A stretch of 64,000 nucleotides of DNA from Candidatus Sungiibacteriota bacterium (lineage in GTDB: Bacteria; Patescibacteriota; Minisyncoccia; Sungbacterales; HO2-52-23), in NCBI GenBank assembly GCA_016432465.1, contig CP066690.1, positions 590,823-654,822 of the forward strand, in the 5' to 3' direction. The notes beneath the pieces were generated by a model. It saw nothing but the letters and a program-made list of their open reading frames with translations, made no database searches and was not told the DNA's origin. Positions 1-9,658 of this stretch are shown piece after piece. The position numbers and the translations under genes were made by a program. Within the stretch, counting starts at the first letter, position 1, and each line of letters begins with the position of its first letter.

Positions 1-611
1 ACATTCTTACCACCGATCACCTCTTGCTTCCATACCCAGCCATGATTCGCGACGCCAAAATTGTGGTTTATCACGGCAGTAGAGCATTAAAGGCTAAAGT
101 CTTGGTTCATAGCTACGTATATCGCCTTGCTATTTTGACGCTGGTTGATTCAGATTATGATGCGATCCCGGTAACGATTTCCAGCGAGCCGACAATCAAG
201 GGCTCAGAGGTATATATTGTAGGTAGCAGCCCTCTTGCTCAGCGCTATCAAAGGCCCGGAATTTTTTCCCTTGAACCGTCTATCTTAAAAAGAGTGGTGA
301 ACATGAGTGTTCCGTCTATGCTTAAAAAAGAGATTAATGGAAGTGTGACCTACTTGCCGGGGTACATGGCATTGATTGGAGGTGCAGAGTTTGGTTTTTC
401 CGGCGGTCCGGGCTTGGATGAGAATGGCAGACTGCAGAGTATAACAGAAGCTCTTAGCACCAACAATAGATTCACCTTTGTTATAGGCGGCACCGCTGTC
501 CTTGATTTTATAGAAGACGTTGCTCGTGAGTTAAGGAGTTCCGATACTGACAGTGAAGACGCCGCGTTTCTTGAAGACGCGCTGCTGAGTGCCTTGGAGC
601 AAGGAAGATAA
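1..611 (+). CDS. trypsin-like serine protease, 5'-partial (reading frame is open to the window start; listed ORF 24..611)
   Basis: GFSGGPG motif resembling the GDSGGP serine-protease active-site box; paralogous to the next gene; frame has no stop back to position 3. Confidence 0.5.
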   Translation, partial: ILTTDHLLLPYPAMIRDAKIVVYHGSRALKAKVLVHSYVYRLAILTLVDSDYDAIPVTISSEPTIKGSEVYIVGSSPLAQRYQRPGIFSLEPSILKRVVNMSVPSMLKKEINGSVTYLPGYMALIGGAEFGFSGGPGLDENGRLQSITEALSTNNRFTFVIGGTAVLDFIEDVARELRSSDTDSEDAAFLEDALLSALEQGR

Positions 612-837
612 GGCGGACCAATGTCCGCTATTTTTATTTTTTGTTTCCACAATTAGTTATGGAAACAAAAAATAACCCCTCACCAATTTTGCCTATGTAT
701 AGATGTCATATATCTTTATTGGGTATGTGTATGAAAACACTTCACGAAGCGCGTGGCCGAATAGGCCAACCCTCAAGGGACGAAGCGCTTCGCCGCCTGC
801 CCTCCCGCAAAATTGGTGATGGGGTATTCCACTAGAC

Positions 838-865
838 TTGACAGTCTTGGCGGCAGTGCTATACT
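838..865 (+). promoter_or_regulatory. sigma70-like promoter (TTGACA-16nt-TATACT) upstream of the protease gene
   Basis: near-consensus -35 and -10 hexamers read directly; followed by a structured ~115-nt leader. Confidence 0.5.
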
Positions 866-980
866 GGAGATAACCTATAGAAAGAAAAGGGCAAGGGTGA
901 AAACCCCCAGTCTATTCCTAGTAGGGATGGATTTTGGGTGTCGCTCTTGCTTTTTTTGTTCCTTGAAAAAGGAGAAAAAG

Positions 981-1799
981 ATGAAACTAGGACGGGCAGG
1001 GCCAAGAGGTTTTGTCATATCGGTATTTATGCTTTTCATGCTCTCCGGATGCGCTACCATTTCTTTGCCGCGTGATAACGAGCCTATGGGGTATGACTAC
1101 ACTAACGTCCTGATAAATCGTAGTAATTTTTCTCTTGAGCGCATGGCCGATTCCATAATTTCTTTGAGGACAGTGGCGGAGTTTAAAAAGGGAAACGGCG
1201 AGATCGTAAAACGGGAGAGTTTTGGATCGGGGATTGCTGTTTTGGATAAGTATATCATTACTTTGCATCATGTTGCCTTTATCAAGGCCTTAGAGTACAA
1301 CACGCCGTTTGGTGTATTAACTGAACCAGCCGAGAAGGTTTCAGAAAACTTGGTCTTAATAATTAATGGAAAGGAGTGGCCGTTGCAAAGGGCAATAATT
1401 TCCGAGAAAGAAGACGTCGCAATCTTTCTCTTGCCGCACGGAGTCAGTGTGCCGCAGTTTCCGCAACGGATTGGAAATAGTGATGACTTACGGATGGGCA
1501 ACTTTATTTACCTCATAGGAAATCCAATGAACGGTGGTATAAATGTGCGTGAAGGTATCGTGTCGGGTTTAAAACCCCCTGAAGCTTTGAAAGATGTGGC
1601 GCAACTTGAGAATATTTTTATGGTTTCTAACGGTCTTAATCCGGGGGACTCGGGCACGCCAATTATCGCTCTGCGTGATGGCAGCCCCGAGATTGTTGGC
1701 CTTGCACAGGGTACGGTTATGAATTCTCAGCGTATCGGATGGGCCATAAAGATTAATGTAATTAAAAAACTGATCAGAGAGTACGAAAATAAAAAATAA
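981..1799 (+). CDS. trypsin-like (S1/DegP-type) serine protease lipoprotein
   Basis: GGAG RBS 8 nt upstream of ATG at 981; N-terminal lipobox LSGC; NPGDSGTPII active-site Ser motif. Confidence 0.7.
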   Translation: MKLGRAGPRGFVISVFMLFMLSGCATISLPRDNEPMGYDYTNVLINRSNFSLERMADSIISLRTVAEFKKGNGEIVKRESFGSGIAVLDKYIITLHHVAFIKALEYNTPFGVLTEPAEKVSENLVLIINGKEWPLQRAIISEKEDVAIFLLPHGVSVPQFPQRIGNSDDLRMGNFIYLIGNPMNGGINVREGIVSGLKPPEALKDVAQLENIFMVSNGLNPGDSGTPIIALRDGSPEIVGLAQGTVMNSQRIGWAIKINVIKKLIREYENKK

Positions 1800-1802
1800 G
1801 TT

Positions 1803-3860
1803 TCAGTTCGGTACGGCCGCGTGAGCGGCCGATTTTTCTTGCTCAACTGACTCGGCAAGCATCTGGCAGTAAAGATTAAGGCCAACTTTATTAATGGCGC
1901 CCGACTGTTCACGTCCAAGAATATTGCCAGCCCCCCTGATCTCTAAATCCTTTAAAGCGATCTCATAACCAGCTCCAAGTTCGGAATATTCTTTTAGCGC
2001 CTCCAGCCGCTCGGCCGCTTTTTCAGTCCCTAGGCTTTCAGCCGGGATCCCGGCCCCGTTGGGCTTAGGGGTAAGGTGACGCGCCCGGTAAAGAAAATAG
2101 GCATAGGCTTTAGTGTCGCTCCTGCCTATTCTGCCCCGCAGCTGGTGCGCTTCGGCAAGGCCGAGGCGCGTGGCGTCATCCACTATAAGAGTGTTGGCTG
2201 AAGAGATATCCAGACCGTTTTCAATGATGGTTGTTGCGAGTAAAATAAGGATTTCTTTGTTTCTAAATTTATCCATCACACGCATAATTTCTTTTTCTTT
2301 CAGACGGCCGTGTACAACCCCGATTAGGGCGTCATTCTTACCTTTAAAGGCGATGCCCCGACGACAACTTGATGACAGAAGCCGTTTCAGTCTATCTCTG
2401 ACCACGTTGATCGTTTCTATTCTATTATGAAGAAAATACACCTGTCCTCCGCGGCCCAGTTCAAATTCAATTGCTCTTTTGATTGGGTTTTTAGAGTAAG
2501 GGAGGACAAACGTTTCAACCGGCAGACGCTCGGGCGGCGGTGTTGCAATTAGCGAAAGATCGCGGAGTTTAGCCAGTGCGAGAGAGAGCGTCCGTGGGAT
2601 GGGAGTTGCGGAAAGCGATAATATATCTACTTCGGCGCGAAGTTCTTTGAAGCGTTCTTTTTGTTTTACACCAAAGCGCTGCTCCTCGTCTATAATTACC
2701 AGCCCCAAATTTTTAAATACCGTGTCTTTGGAAAGAATTCGGTGGGTACCTATAACACAATCAACCCGCCCCTCTTTAACTTCCTGCAAAATTTTTTTCT
2801 CGTCACAGCTTGGCGTTATTCTGGATAGCATTTCACACTCAACAGCCAGATCTTTAAACCGTTCACAGAAAGTTTTTTTGTGCTGTGCTGCCAACACAGT
2901 GGTAGGCGCAAGAAGCGCCACCTGTTTGCCGGAGCAGACTACGCGCAGTGCTGCGCGCAGCGCAAGTTCTGTTTTTCCAAAACCAACATCTCCGCACAAA
3001 ATTCTGTCCATGGGCCGTGATTTTTCAAGGTCATGCAGAATTTCTCCCTCTGCTTTTAGTTGATCTTCTGTTTCTTGATAGGGAAAGGTGTATTTTAGTT
3101 CTTTTTCAAGCAGCGGATCGCCATAATAAGGGGGTCGCTCGGCGTGTTGGCGCGTGGTGTAGAGCTTCAAAAGTTCCTGTGCAAGTTTTTGGGCGTCCTC
3201 CCGGGCCTTGCGTTTGGTGGTCTCCCACAGCGTTCCACCCAGACGGTGTATGCGGGGTGTTTCAAAACCAACGTAAGGCGAAAGGCGGTTTTTTTGATCC
3301 ACGGATACCAGCAAACGGTCTGGTGCAGACCTCATAGAAGGAGGGGCGTACTCTATTACAAAAAATTTTTCAGCGCCTTCCTCTTGGATTCCTTGAAAAA
3401 TTCCAATGCCGTGGTCAACATGCACCACAAAGTTTCCCGGCAGTAATTTTTCTAGGGATCTTGAAGCTGAAAACCTCGGTTTAATTTTTTCTTGCGATTC
3501 TTCCCGCTCCTTGAGGGCGGTGATGCAGTTTCCGTGAAATTCCACGAGATATGGTTTGTTGGTATTGACCGGCCAAATTTCAATAACACCTCCGCGCACC
3601 GCAAATAAACCTCTGCCTGCCACCGAGGCGCTGCGCTCGTACCCAAAATTAGCCACTTGTCTTATAAATTCTCCCGGACGGAGTACAAGATCTTTCTCTA
3701 AAATTACAGCATTTTCACGCCACCACGGATTTATCAGGCGCGCTTTTTTTATGGCCGCGAAGTTTTCTTCAAACCACAAAGCGCCCCGTTCCAAATTCAG
3801 GGGGGTAAGGGAAACGATCAAAAGTTCTTCAGCGTTCTTTTCGGTGCGGTCGTTTGACAT
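1803..3860 (-). CDS. mfd: transcription-repair coupling factor Mfd (short form)
   Basis: [10 protein letters not shown] Walker [22 protein letters not shown]-interaction-like [10 protein letters not shown] and C-terminal [17 protein letters not shown] motif; N-terminal RGGVIEIWP UvrB-homology-like segment. Confidence 0.7.
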   Translation of the reverse strand: MSNDRTEKNAEELLIVSLTPLNLERGALWFEENFAAIKKARLINPWWRENAVILEKDLVLRPGEFIRQVANFGYERSASVAGRGLFAVRGGVIEIWPVNTNKPYLVEFHGNCITALKEREESQEKIKPRFSASRSLEKLLPGNFVVHVDHGIGIFQGIQEEGAEKFFVIEYAPPSMRSAPDRLLVSVDQKNRLSPYVGFETPRIHRLGGTLWETTKRKAREDAQKLAQELLKLYTTRQHAERPPYYGDPLLEKELKYTFPYQETEDQLKAEGEILHDLEKSRPMDRILCGDVGFGKTELALRAALRVVCSGKQVALLAPTTVLAAQHKKTFCERFKDLAVECEMLSRITPSCDEKKILQEVKEGRVDCVIGTHRILSKDTVFKNLGLVIIDEEQRFGVKQKERFKELRAEVDILSLSATPIPRTLSLALAKLRDLSLIATPPPERLPVETFVLPYSKNPIKRAIEFELGRGGQVYFLHNRIETINVVRDRLKRLLSSSCRRGIAFKGKNDALIGVVHGRLKEKEIMRVMDKFRNKEILILLATTIIENGLDISSANTLIVDDATRLGLAEAHQLRGRIGRSDTKAYAYFLYRARHLTPKPNGAGIPAESLGTEKAAERLEALKEYSELGAGYEIALKDLEIRGAGNILGREQSGAINKVGLNLYCQMLAESVEQEKSAAHAAVPN

Positions 3861-3914
3861 TTTGTATATAAAAATAATACTCTAATTCCAGAGATCTTTT
3901 CAAGGGACCAAAGG

Positions 3915-4228
3915 GTGGACACCAAAAAGCCGGGTAAGGAAATTTATATTTCGATTGATGTGGAAACCGCCGGCAGAATTCCGCCTGATTTTAGTATGTT
4001 GTCGCTTGGAGCCTGCGTGGTTTACGAAACCTCAAAAATTTTTATAGAGAGCTTGCGCCGTTGAATAATAATTACGTGCCCGAGGCTTTGGCTGTCTGCG
4101 GCCTTGATTTTGCAAAATTAAAAGCAACAGGGCAGGATCCTTGTTGGGCAATGTTCGCTGCCATTGAGCAGGCCCAGCTTTTTGCCGCTCTGCTGGAGTT
4201 TCAGAAAAAAATCCGCGCCAAAGATTGA
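3915..4228 (+). pseudogene. frameshifted remnant of a DEDD (DnaQ-like) 3'-5' exonuclease
   Basis: frame A encodes [27 protein letters not shown] (exo motif I D-x-E-T-x-G) then stops at 4056; a second frame continues with YVPEALAVCGLDFAKL...; possible GTG start at 3915 with AAGGGA RBS. Confidence 0.35.
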
Positions 4229-4232
4229 ATCG

Positions 4233-4261
4233 TTGACAAAGTCCACCAGTAATCTTATACT
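4233..4261 (+). promoter_or_regulatory. sigma70-like promoter TTGACA-17nt-TATACT
   Basis: consensus hexamers 40 nt upstream of the 4301 start. Confidence 0.5.
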
Positions 4262-4300
4262 GCCTTTACACCCTAAAGAAGGGTAAGGAGGACAGGCCAA

Positions 4301-4660
4301 GTGAAAAAATGGGCAGGTGTGGCATTCTTAACTTTGATAATTGCTCTTTTCGCAGCTGGCGCGTATGCGTCTGGCCCACCACTACCGGATTATGAGAATT
4401 GGCCGAGCGCAAATATGGTCGTAGTCGCCGAAGATCCGGTAGTCATAGGCATTTTCTATTATGATAGTTTTGATAAAGCTTTACTGAAAAATCTTATTTT
4501 TGAGGTTCAGGCAGAAAAAGACGATCAACCCTTCGTCATTGGGTGGCTTGAGATTCTTGAGAAAGACGGAAAGGGAGAACCAACCGTTGGTGTTATACGA
4601 CAATACTGGTTGAGGGATGGGGACTATGTTCTTGAAGAAGAAAGGTTTGTCAGTTGGTAA
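4301..4660 (+). CDS. small secreted hypothetical protein (signal peptide)
   Basis: GGAGG RBS; N-terminal hydrophobic signal MKKWAGVAFLTLIIALFAAGAYA. Confidence 0.6.
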   Translation: MKKWAGVAFLTLIIALFAAGAYASGPPLPDYENWPSANMVVVAEDPVVIGIFYYDSFDKALLKNLIFEVQAEKDDQPFVIGWLEILEKDGKGEPTVGVIRQYWLRDGDYVLEEERFVSW

Positions 4661-4669
4661 TAAGATAAG

Positions 4670-4693
4670 TCCGCTCACCAGAGCGGATTTTAT
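4670..4693. terminator. rho-independent terminator hairpin (TCCGCTC...GAGCGGA + TTTTAT) between convergent genes
   Basis: 7-bp GC stem followed by T-run. Confidence 0.55.
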
Positions 4694-4713
4694 AATTTTA
4701 AGCACCTAATTTG

Positions 4714-5265
4714 TTAGTGGTTATAATTATTCATGGCCTGCTCCGGCCCTCTTGTCAGAGCCTCTTCCAAAGCGCTGGCCGTCTTTTTTATAATTTTTCT
4801 GACCAGCCGCACCTCCTCCGGCGCCCATTTTTTTAAAACCAGTTTTTCCGCCGGGATATCGCGTCTAGCCGCAATGCCGATTCTAAAACGCCAAAAATCG
4901 CGGGTTTTGAGAACGCGCATCACGGATTCTACACCTTTATGTCCGGCCGAATGTTTTCCGAAAGAAAGTTTGGCATGTCCCAGAGGCAAATCCGCATCGT
5001 CATGCACCACGAAAATCTGTTTTGTTTTTACTTTAAAAAGTCTGGCGGCCGGCCCAACTGCGTTTCCGGACTTATTCATAAAAGTTTCAGGAAGCAGCAG
5101 GACCGCTTTTTTATTTTTGGAGACAAGCGCCTTAAATTTTTTGTTTAATTCAAAATCAGCCAGACCCGCCTTTTTCTGCCAGTCCGCTACAATTTCGCGT
5201 CCAACATTATGGCGCGTGTTTTTAAATTGTTCTCCCGGGTTTCCGAGACCAACAATAAGAATCAT
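4714..5265 (-). CDS. pth: peptidyl-tRNA hydrolase
   Basis: MILIVGLGNPG...NRHNVG...FRIGI signature. Confidence 0.9.
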   Translation of the reverse strand: MILIVGLGNPGEQFKNTRHNVGREIVADWQKKAGLADFELNKKFKALVSKNKKAVLLLPETFMNKSGNAVGPAARLFKVKTKQIFVVHDDADLPLGHAKLSFGKHSAGHKGVESVMRVLKTRDFWRFRIGIAARRDIPAEKLVLKKWAPEEVRLVRKIIKKTASALEEALTRGPEQAMNNYNH

Positions 5266-5303
5266 GTGCTTGCCAAACGCTTAAAAATAACTATAATATA
5301 TGT

Positions 5304-5885
5304 ATGACCGAAACACAAGAAAACCCTAACAACCGTTGGGGACGTGAAATTTTGGAAATTATTAAGGTGCTCGTGATTTCGCTTGCGATTGTCCTACCCA
5401 TCCGTTACTACATTGCCCAGCCCTTTATTGTGCGCGGCGCCTCCATGGAGCCGAATTTCCACGACAAGGAATATCTGATAGTTGACGAAGTGTCCTATCT
5501 TCTGCAAGAACCAAAACGCGGAGAAGCCATAGTATTTCGTTATCCTCTGGGCCCAAGACAGTTTTTCATTAAAAGAATCATCGGTCTTCCCGGAGAAGGG
5601 GTAGATATTAAAAACGGCAGGGTAAGGGTTATAAATAATGCTTACCCCGAGGGATTTGTGCTGGAGGAACCGTATCTGACACCACCGGGTCGGGCGACGC
5701 GGCCTGATTTGCGTATAAAACTTGCCCAAGGGGAGTATTTTGTTATGGGAGACAACCGCGACTTCAGTTCTGACTCCCGAGTGTGGGGAACTCTAAACAA
5801 AAAATTTATTGTGGGGCGTGCCCTCTTCCGCGCCCTGCCCGTTACGAGTCTTGGGTTTGTTGCTAACTACGCGGTTGATTACTAA
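5304..5885 (+). CDS. lepB: signal peptidase I
   Basis: N-terminal TM helix, GASMEP Ser box, GDNRDFSSDSR box. Confidence 0.9.
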   Translation: MTETQENPNNRWGREILEIIKVLVISLAIVLPIRYYIAQPFIVRGASMEPNFHDKEYLIVDEVSYLLQEPKRGEAIVFRYPLGPRQFFIKRIIGLPGEGVDIKNGRVRVINNAYPEGFVLEEPYLTPPGRATRPDLRIKLAQGEYFVMGDNRDFSSDSRVWGTLNKKFIVGRALFRALPVTSLGFVANYAVDY

Positions 5886-5897
5886 AGATATTTAAAT

Positions 5898-7205
5898 ATG
5901 CCCAAAACAAAACTGGTTCTAAAAGAATTAATAGCCAACCTTGATAGCGTTCCGCAGTATGAACAGTTTCTGGAAAAGTTGCGCAAGTCTCTCCGGTCCT
6001 TGGCTGAATTTTACGGATTTGAGCCCATGGCCACTGCCCCGTTTGAGGATGTGCGGGTTTTTTATCCTCTGATGAAGGCCGGTTTTTTTGAGGAACGTAT
6101 CCCGGTAATTTGTAAAATGCGTACCGGATCGGAGGTTTTACTGCGCCCCTCCGGGGCGTTGGGCGCTGTCCGCGCCTATACCACCCATAAACTATCAGAA
6201 CTACCCAGTCCTTTAAAAGTTAGTTTTTCCGGTGATAGTTTTTTTCAAGCACAGAAGCGTGACGAAAAAATAACCAGTTTAAAGGAGTGCGGATTAGTTA
6301 TGATTGGCGAGGAGGGACCCGTAGCCGAGGCCGAAATAATACAAGTAATTTGGAAATCTTTGGGGGGTATAGGTATGGACATGAAAAATCTTCAGGTCCG
6401 GCTTAATGCCACGGGTTGTCAGATCTGCCGGCCCTATTTCCGCTCTGCCTTTGGGACATACTTTCGGAGCCGGGCCCAGCGTCTTTGTAAAAACTGTAAG
6501 CGTTTTTTCAAAAGAACGCCAACCAAAATTCTTGTTTGTGAAGACGAGAAATGCAAAATAGTTTCGCGCAGCGCTCCGCCGGTACTTGATTTTCTGTGTG
6601 CTTTGTGCAAAAAACACCTGAAGGGGCTTCTGGAGTTCTTGGATGAAGTTAGTGTTCCATATTTCCTTGACCCCAAGTTATTTAGGGAGGGATCGTGGTT
6701 TAACTCTTTTATTTTTGAGGTGGTGGCGGTTAAAGACCTGAACGAATTAAATAAAAACGGAGGTGATGCGGGGTGGGTGTTGGCTGAAGGGGGGCTGCTG
6801 TCGCGTGCAGCCGAAGCACTTTCTGGTAAAAAACTTGATGTCGCAGCAGGAGTCATTAGTCTTGAGGCTGTTTACGGGTTACTTTCTGCCGAATCCGGTC
6901 TGGTTGGCATAGAAAAGCCAAAAGTTTTTCTTGCGCACTTGGGAGAGCTTGCTAAACGACGGGGTCTGTTTCTGCTTGAGGGATTGCGGGCCGGAGGTAT
7001 TGAGGTTCGCGAGTCGCTGGGACGAGACGCCATAAAATCACAACTGAAAGTTGCTGAACGTCTGGAGGCAGAGATTGCTTTAATTCTTGGACAAAAGGAA
7101 GCTTTAGACAACACTATTATTGTGCGTGAGGTTGCTTCTGGGGCCCAGGAGACAATCCCACAAGAGAAACTTGTAGAGTTTTTGAAAAAGAAGTTAAAGA
7201 AGTGA
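5898..7205 (+). CDS. hisS: histidyl-tRNA synthetase-like class II aaRS with a 4xCxxC zinc-ribbon insertion
   Basis: LRPSGALGAVRAY (HisRS LRPEGTA-like), C-terminal anticodon-binding domain-like; catalytic motif 2/3 arginines look degenerate. Confidence 0.55.
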   Translation: MPKTKLVLKELIANLDSVPQYEQFLEKLRKSLRSLAEFYGFEPMATAPFEDVRVFYPLMKAGFFEERIPVICKMRTGSEVLLRPSGALGAVRAYTTHKLSELPSPLKVSFSGDSFFQAQKRDEKITSLKECGLVMIGEEGPVAEAEIIQVIWKSLGGIGMDMKNLQVRLNATGCQICRPYFRSAFGTYFRSRAQRLCKNCKRFFKRTPTKILVCEDEKCKIVSRSAPPVLDFLCALCKKHLKGLLEFLDEVSVPYFLDPKLFREGSWFNSFIFEVVAVKDLNELNKNGGDAGWVLAEGGLLSRAAEALSGKKLDVAAGVISLEAVYGLLSAESGLVGIEKPKVFLAHLGELAKRRGLFLLEGLRAGGIEVRESLGRDAIKSQLKVAERLEAEIALILGQKEALDNTIIVREVASGAQETIPQEKLVEFLKKKLKK

Positions 7206-7211
7206 ACCCGT

Positions 7212-7559
7212 ATGGACTGTATCTTTTGTAAAATCTCAAAAGGTGAAGTAAGCTCCGAAGTTGTCTTTGAGGATGACGATGTTAAGGTTTTTAAAGATAT
7301 TCATCCCAAGGCTCCGGTGCATCTTTTGGTCATCCCCAAAATTCATATCCAGTCCATCGCGCATCTTGAGGCAGACCACAGTGACGTAATTACGAAGTTG
7401 ATATATACTGCCAAAAAAATTGCCGGAGACCTGGGTCTTAAGGGGTATAAACTGATTTTTAATGTGGGGCGCGAGGGCGGGCAGGTAGTTGACCATCTGC
7501 ACCTGCATATTTTGGGTGGCTGGTCGAACATAGAAGACCCGGATAAGTTTAGAGTTTAA
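7212..7559 (+). CDS. HIT family hydrolase
   Basis: histidine triad HLHLHILGG. Confidence 0.85.
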   Translation: MDCIFCKISKGEVSSEVVFEDDDVKVFKDIHPKAPVHLLVIPKIHIQSIAHLEADHSDVITKLIYTAKKIAGDLGLKGYKLIFNVGREGGQVVDHLHLHILGGWSNIEDPDKFRV

Positions 7560-7576
7560 AGTTAAATTAACAGGTT

Positions 7577-7804
7577 ATGGTAGAAGTCAGAAAAAGAGAA
7601 CACGAAACCACCGGAGCAATGCTCCGAAGATTCACCCGAAGGGTACAGCGCTCGGGGGTTTTGATAAATGCCCGTAAGACAAGATTTTATGTGCCCAAGC
7701 CCAAGAGGCGTTTTATTAGAGAACGGGCCCTCCGGCGCATACAGACCGCAAAAGAGCGCGAGCGTTTGGAGAAATTAGGAAAGTTAAAAGAAGGAGAGAG
7801 GTAA
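7577..7804 (+). CDS. rpsU: ribosomal protein S21
   Basis: RKREHE...MLRRF...KTRFYVPKPKRR pattern. Confidence 0.85.
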   Translation: MVEVRKREHETTGAMLRRFTRRVQRSGVLINARKTRFYVPKPKRRFIRERALRRIQTAKERERLEKLGKLKEGER

Positions 7805-7859
7805 GATGACGTGGCCTCCCGTCTACGGGCAGGCCTCGCTAATATAATTTGGTCTCGTC

Positions 7860-8330
7860 ATGAATCTCAAGCAAAAAATTGAACAGGATATAAAAGAGGC
7901 TATGCGTTCCAAAGACGAGCTTCGTTTATCGGTTTTACGGATGCTATCCTCCGCGATTCACAATAAAGAGCTTGAAAAGCGCGCGAAAAGCGGAAAAGTA
8001 GAAGAGTTGATGGAAGAGGAAGTCGTGGCGGTTTTGCGCTCCGAAGTTAAAAAACGGCGTGATGCCATAAGCGAGTTTGAAAAAGGCGGCCGGAAAGATT
8101 TGGTTGAAAAAGAAACTGCTGAATTAAAAATTTTGGAGGAATATTTGCCCTCCGAACTTCCCGACGAGGAAATAGAAAAAATTGTAAAAGAGGTAATTGC
8201 GGGAATTGGCGAGGTTGCTCCAAAAGATTTCGGCCGCGTAATGGGAGAGGTAATGAAGAGAGTTAAGGGTCAGGCGAGCGGGGAGCGAGTAAGCGAGGCC
8301 GTCCGTCAACTACTCGGTATCCAACCTTGA
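7860..8330 (+). CDS. GatB/YqeY domain protein
   Basis: MNLKQKI..DIKEAMRSKDELRLSVLR typical YqeY start. Confidence 0.8.
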   Translation: MNLKQKIEQDIKEAMRSKDELRLSVLRMLSSAIHNKELEKRAKSGKVEELMEEEVVAVLRSEVKKRRDAISEFEKGGRKDLVEKETAELKILEEYLPSELPDEEIEKIVKEVIAGIGEVAPKDFGRVMGEVMKRVKGQASGERVSEAVRQLLGIQP

Positions 8331-8361
8331 ATTATATGTAAGGATATGCTATCTTTGAGCT

Positions 8362-8586
8362 ATGAGCGTAATTACTATTCCCAAAAAAGAATATCGGATA
8401 CTGCTTGACGCGAAGTTAAGATATGAGTATTTGCGGCAGGTTATGGAAAAGGATATTTTTTCGCCTCCACCGACTAAAAAAATAACGGAAGTATTGGGGG
8501 CGTTTCGCGCGACCAAGAAATACAACCAGAAGTTTTTGAAGAGCTTGGGGCGAGGACTCCGGCGTTCCTCATATTTTAGAACATGA
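8362..8586 (+). CDS. putative antitoxin of a type II TA pair
   Basis: small ORF with 4-bp ATGA start/stop overlap with the downstream RelE/ParE-like toxin. Confidence 0.4.
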   Translation: MSVITIPKKEYRILLDAKLRYEYLRQVMEKDIFSPPPTKKITEVLGAFRATKKYNQKFLKSLGRGLRRSSYFRT

Positions 8587-8831
8587 ATATTCTCCAAATT
8601 CATCAGGGGATTTTGGAGTATGTGAGAAAGAGGGGGTTTGAAGCGAAGTTTCGAAAACAGTGCTTGATATTTGCGCAAAATCCCTTTCATCCGGGCCTTG
8701 ATACTAAACTGCTGGAGCCGTCCAAGATGCGGATTTGGAGTTTCCGAATTGACCGGAAGTACCGGGCAATTTTTATTTTCCGGGGAAAAGATACGATTGA
8801 GATTATTGATGTAAATAATCACTATCAATAA
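8583..8831 (+). CDS. RelE/ParE-family toxin
   Basis: C-terminal RIWSFRIDRKYRAIFIFRGKDTIEIIDVNNH matches the RelE/ParE fold signature. Confidence 0.6.
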   Translation: MNILQIHQGILEYVRKRGFEAKFRKQCLIFAQNPFHPGLDTKLLEPSKMRIWSFRIDRKYRAIFIFRGKDTIEIIDVNNHYQ

Positions 8832-8835
8832 GGTA

Positions 8836-8861
8836 GAAATAAAAAAGTGCGCAGAGCGCAC
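8836..8861 (-). terminator. rho-independent terminator for the 8870..9268 minus gene
   Basis: GTGCGC-aga-GCGCAC stem followed by T-run on minus strand. Confidence 0.5.
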
Positions 8862-8869
8862 GACGATGT

Positions 8870-9268
8870 TTATCCGCAAGGAAAGTAATTAATAAAACTG
8901 CTTGAACCCCGGATGACGACAGATAGGGTTTGAACTTTGGTTTTTCCTCCGTCGCATAATACCTGCGTAGCGCGAATTCTCCATTTTCCTGGAGGCACGA
9001 GGCGCTTAAAATAGATTTTGCCGCTTCTGTCGGTAACGTACTGTATCGACGTGGTGCCATCTTCTGTCTCAAGCCTGATGCTTTCCCTGGAGATAGGAAC
9101 TGGAGGATTGTCGGAGCTTAGAACCTGAATTGTTACTTTTTCTGCAACACGTTCTTCTGTTTTAAATAACGAGTTAATAACGATTGGGCCAAAAGCGGCT
9201 ATAATAAGAAACCCCAGGATCCATATAAAAACCCGAGCCATGTCTTTCATTTGTCCACCTTTGTCCAA
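8870..9268 (-). CDS. membrane-anchored hypothetical protein (start possibly at internal Met 9250)
   Basis: single N-terminal TM helix, no recognisable domain. Confidence 0.5.
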   Translation of the reverse strand: MDKGGQMKDMARVFIWILGFLIIAAFGPIVINSLFKTEERVAEKVTIQVLSSDNPPVPISRESIRLETEDGTTSIQYVTDRSGKIYFKRLVPPGKWRIRATQVLCDGGKTKVQTLSVVIRGSSSFINYFPCG

Positions 9269-9280
9269 TGAGCCAAATTT

Positions 9281-9658
9281 ATGGTAGTTTTATTTAGAAA
9301 ATTTGTCAACCTACTACCAGAATCTATTCGTGGGAAGTTGCCAAGAAAGGTAGTTGTTGAAGAGATTTCATTGCAGGAGGCGCAGAGGCTTAATCGTTTA
9401 TACCGCCGGAAAAACAAGCCCGCCAACGTCCTTTCTTTTCGTTACGCCGACGATTATGGTGAAATCCTCGTATGTTCTGCGGTTATTCGCCGCGAGGCCA
9501 AAAAGCAAGGGAATTCCTATAAATACCAGATGACATGGATGATAGTTCATGGTATGTTACATTTGGCGGGGTTGCATCACGAAAAGTCAAAGATCATTGC
9601 TGAGAGAACGAAGGCGCTTGAAGAAAAAATCTTGAAGAAAGTATGGCTAGAAACCTAA
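9281..9658 (+). CDS. ybeY: rRNA maturation endoribonuclease YbeY
   Basis: HGMLHLAGLHHE metal-binding motif. Confidence 0.85.
   Translation: MVVLFRKFVNLLPESIRGKLPRKVVVEEISLQEAQRLNRLYRRKNKPANVLSFRYADDYGEILVCSAVIRREAKKQGNSYKYQMTWMIVHGMLHLAGLHHEKSKIIAERTKALEEKILKKVWLET

Noticed and set aside
641-835. 64-aa ORF in the protease leader
   Set aside because: Overlaps the structured leader/promoter; no RBS.
1803-3860. RecG instead of Mfd
   Set aside because: Length fits RecG, but the N-terminal RGGVIEIWP (UvrB-homology) and [10 protein letters not shown] (RNAP-interaction) segments and the C-terminal TRG-like motif fit Mfd better.
4118-4300. 60-aa minus ORF
   Set aside because: Overlaps the exonuclease remnant and the consensus promoter of the 4301 gene.
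8349-8879. 176-aa minus-strand ORF overlapping the TA pair
   Set aside because: Antisense to two well-supported plus-strand genes; low-complexity translation.
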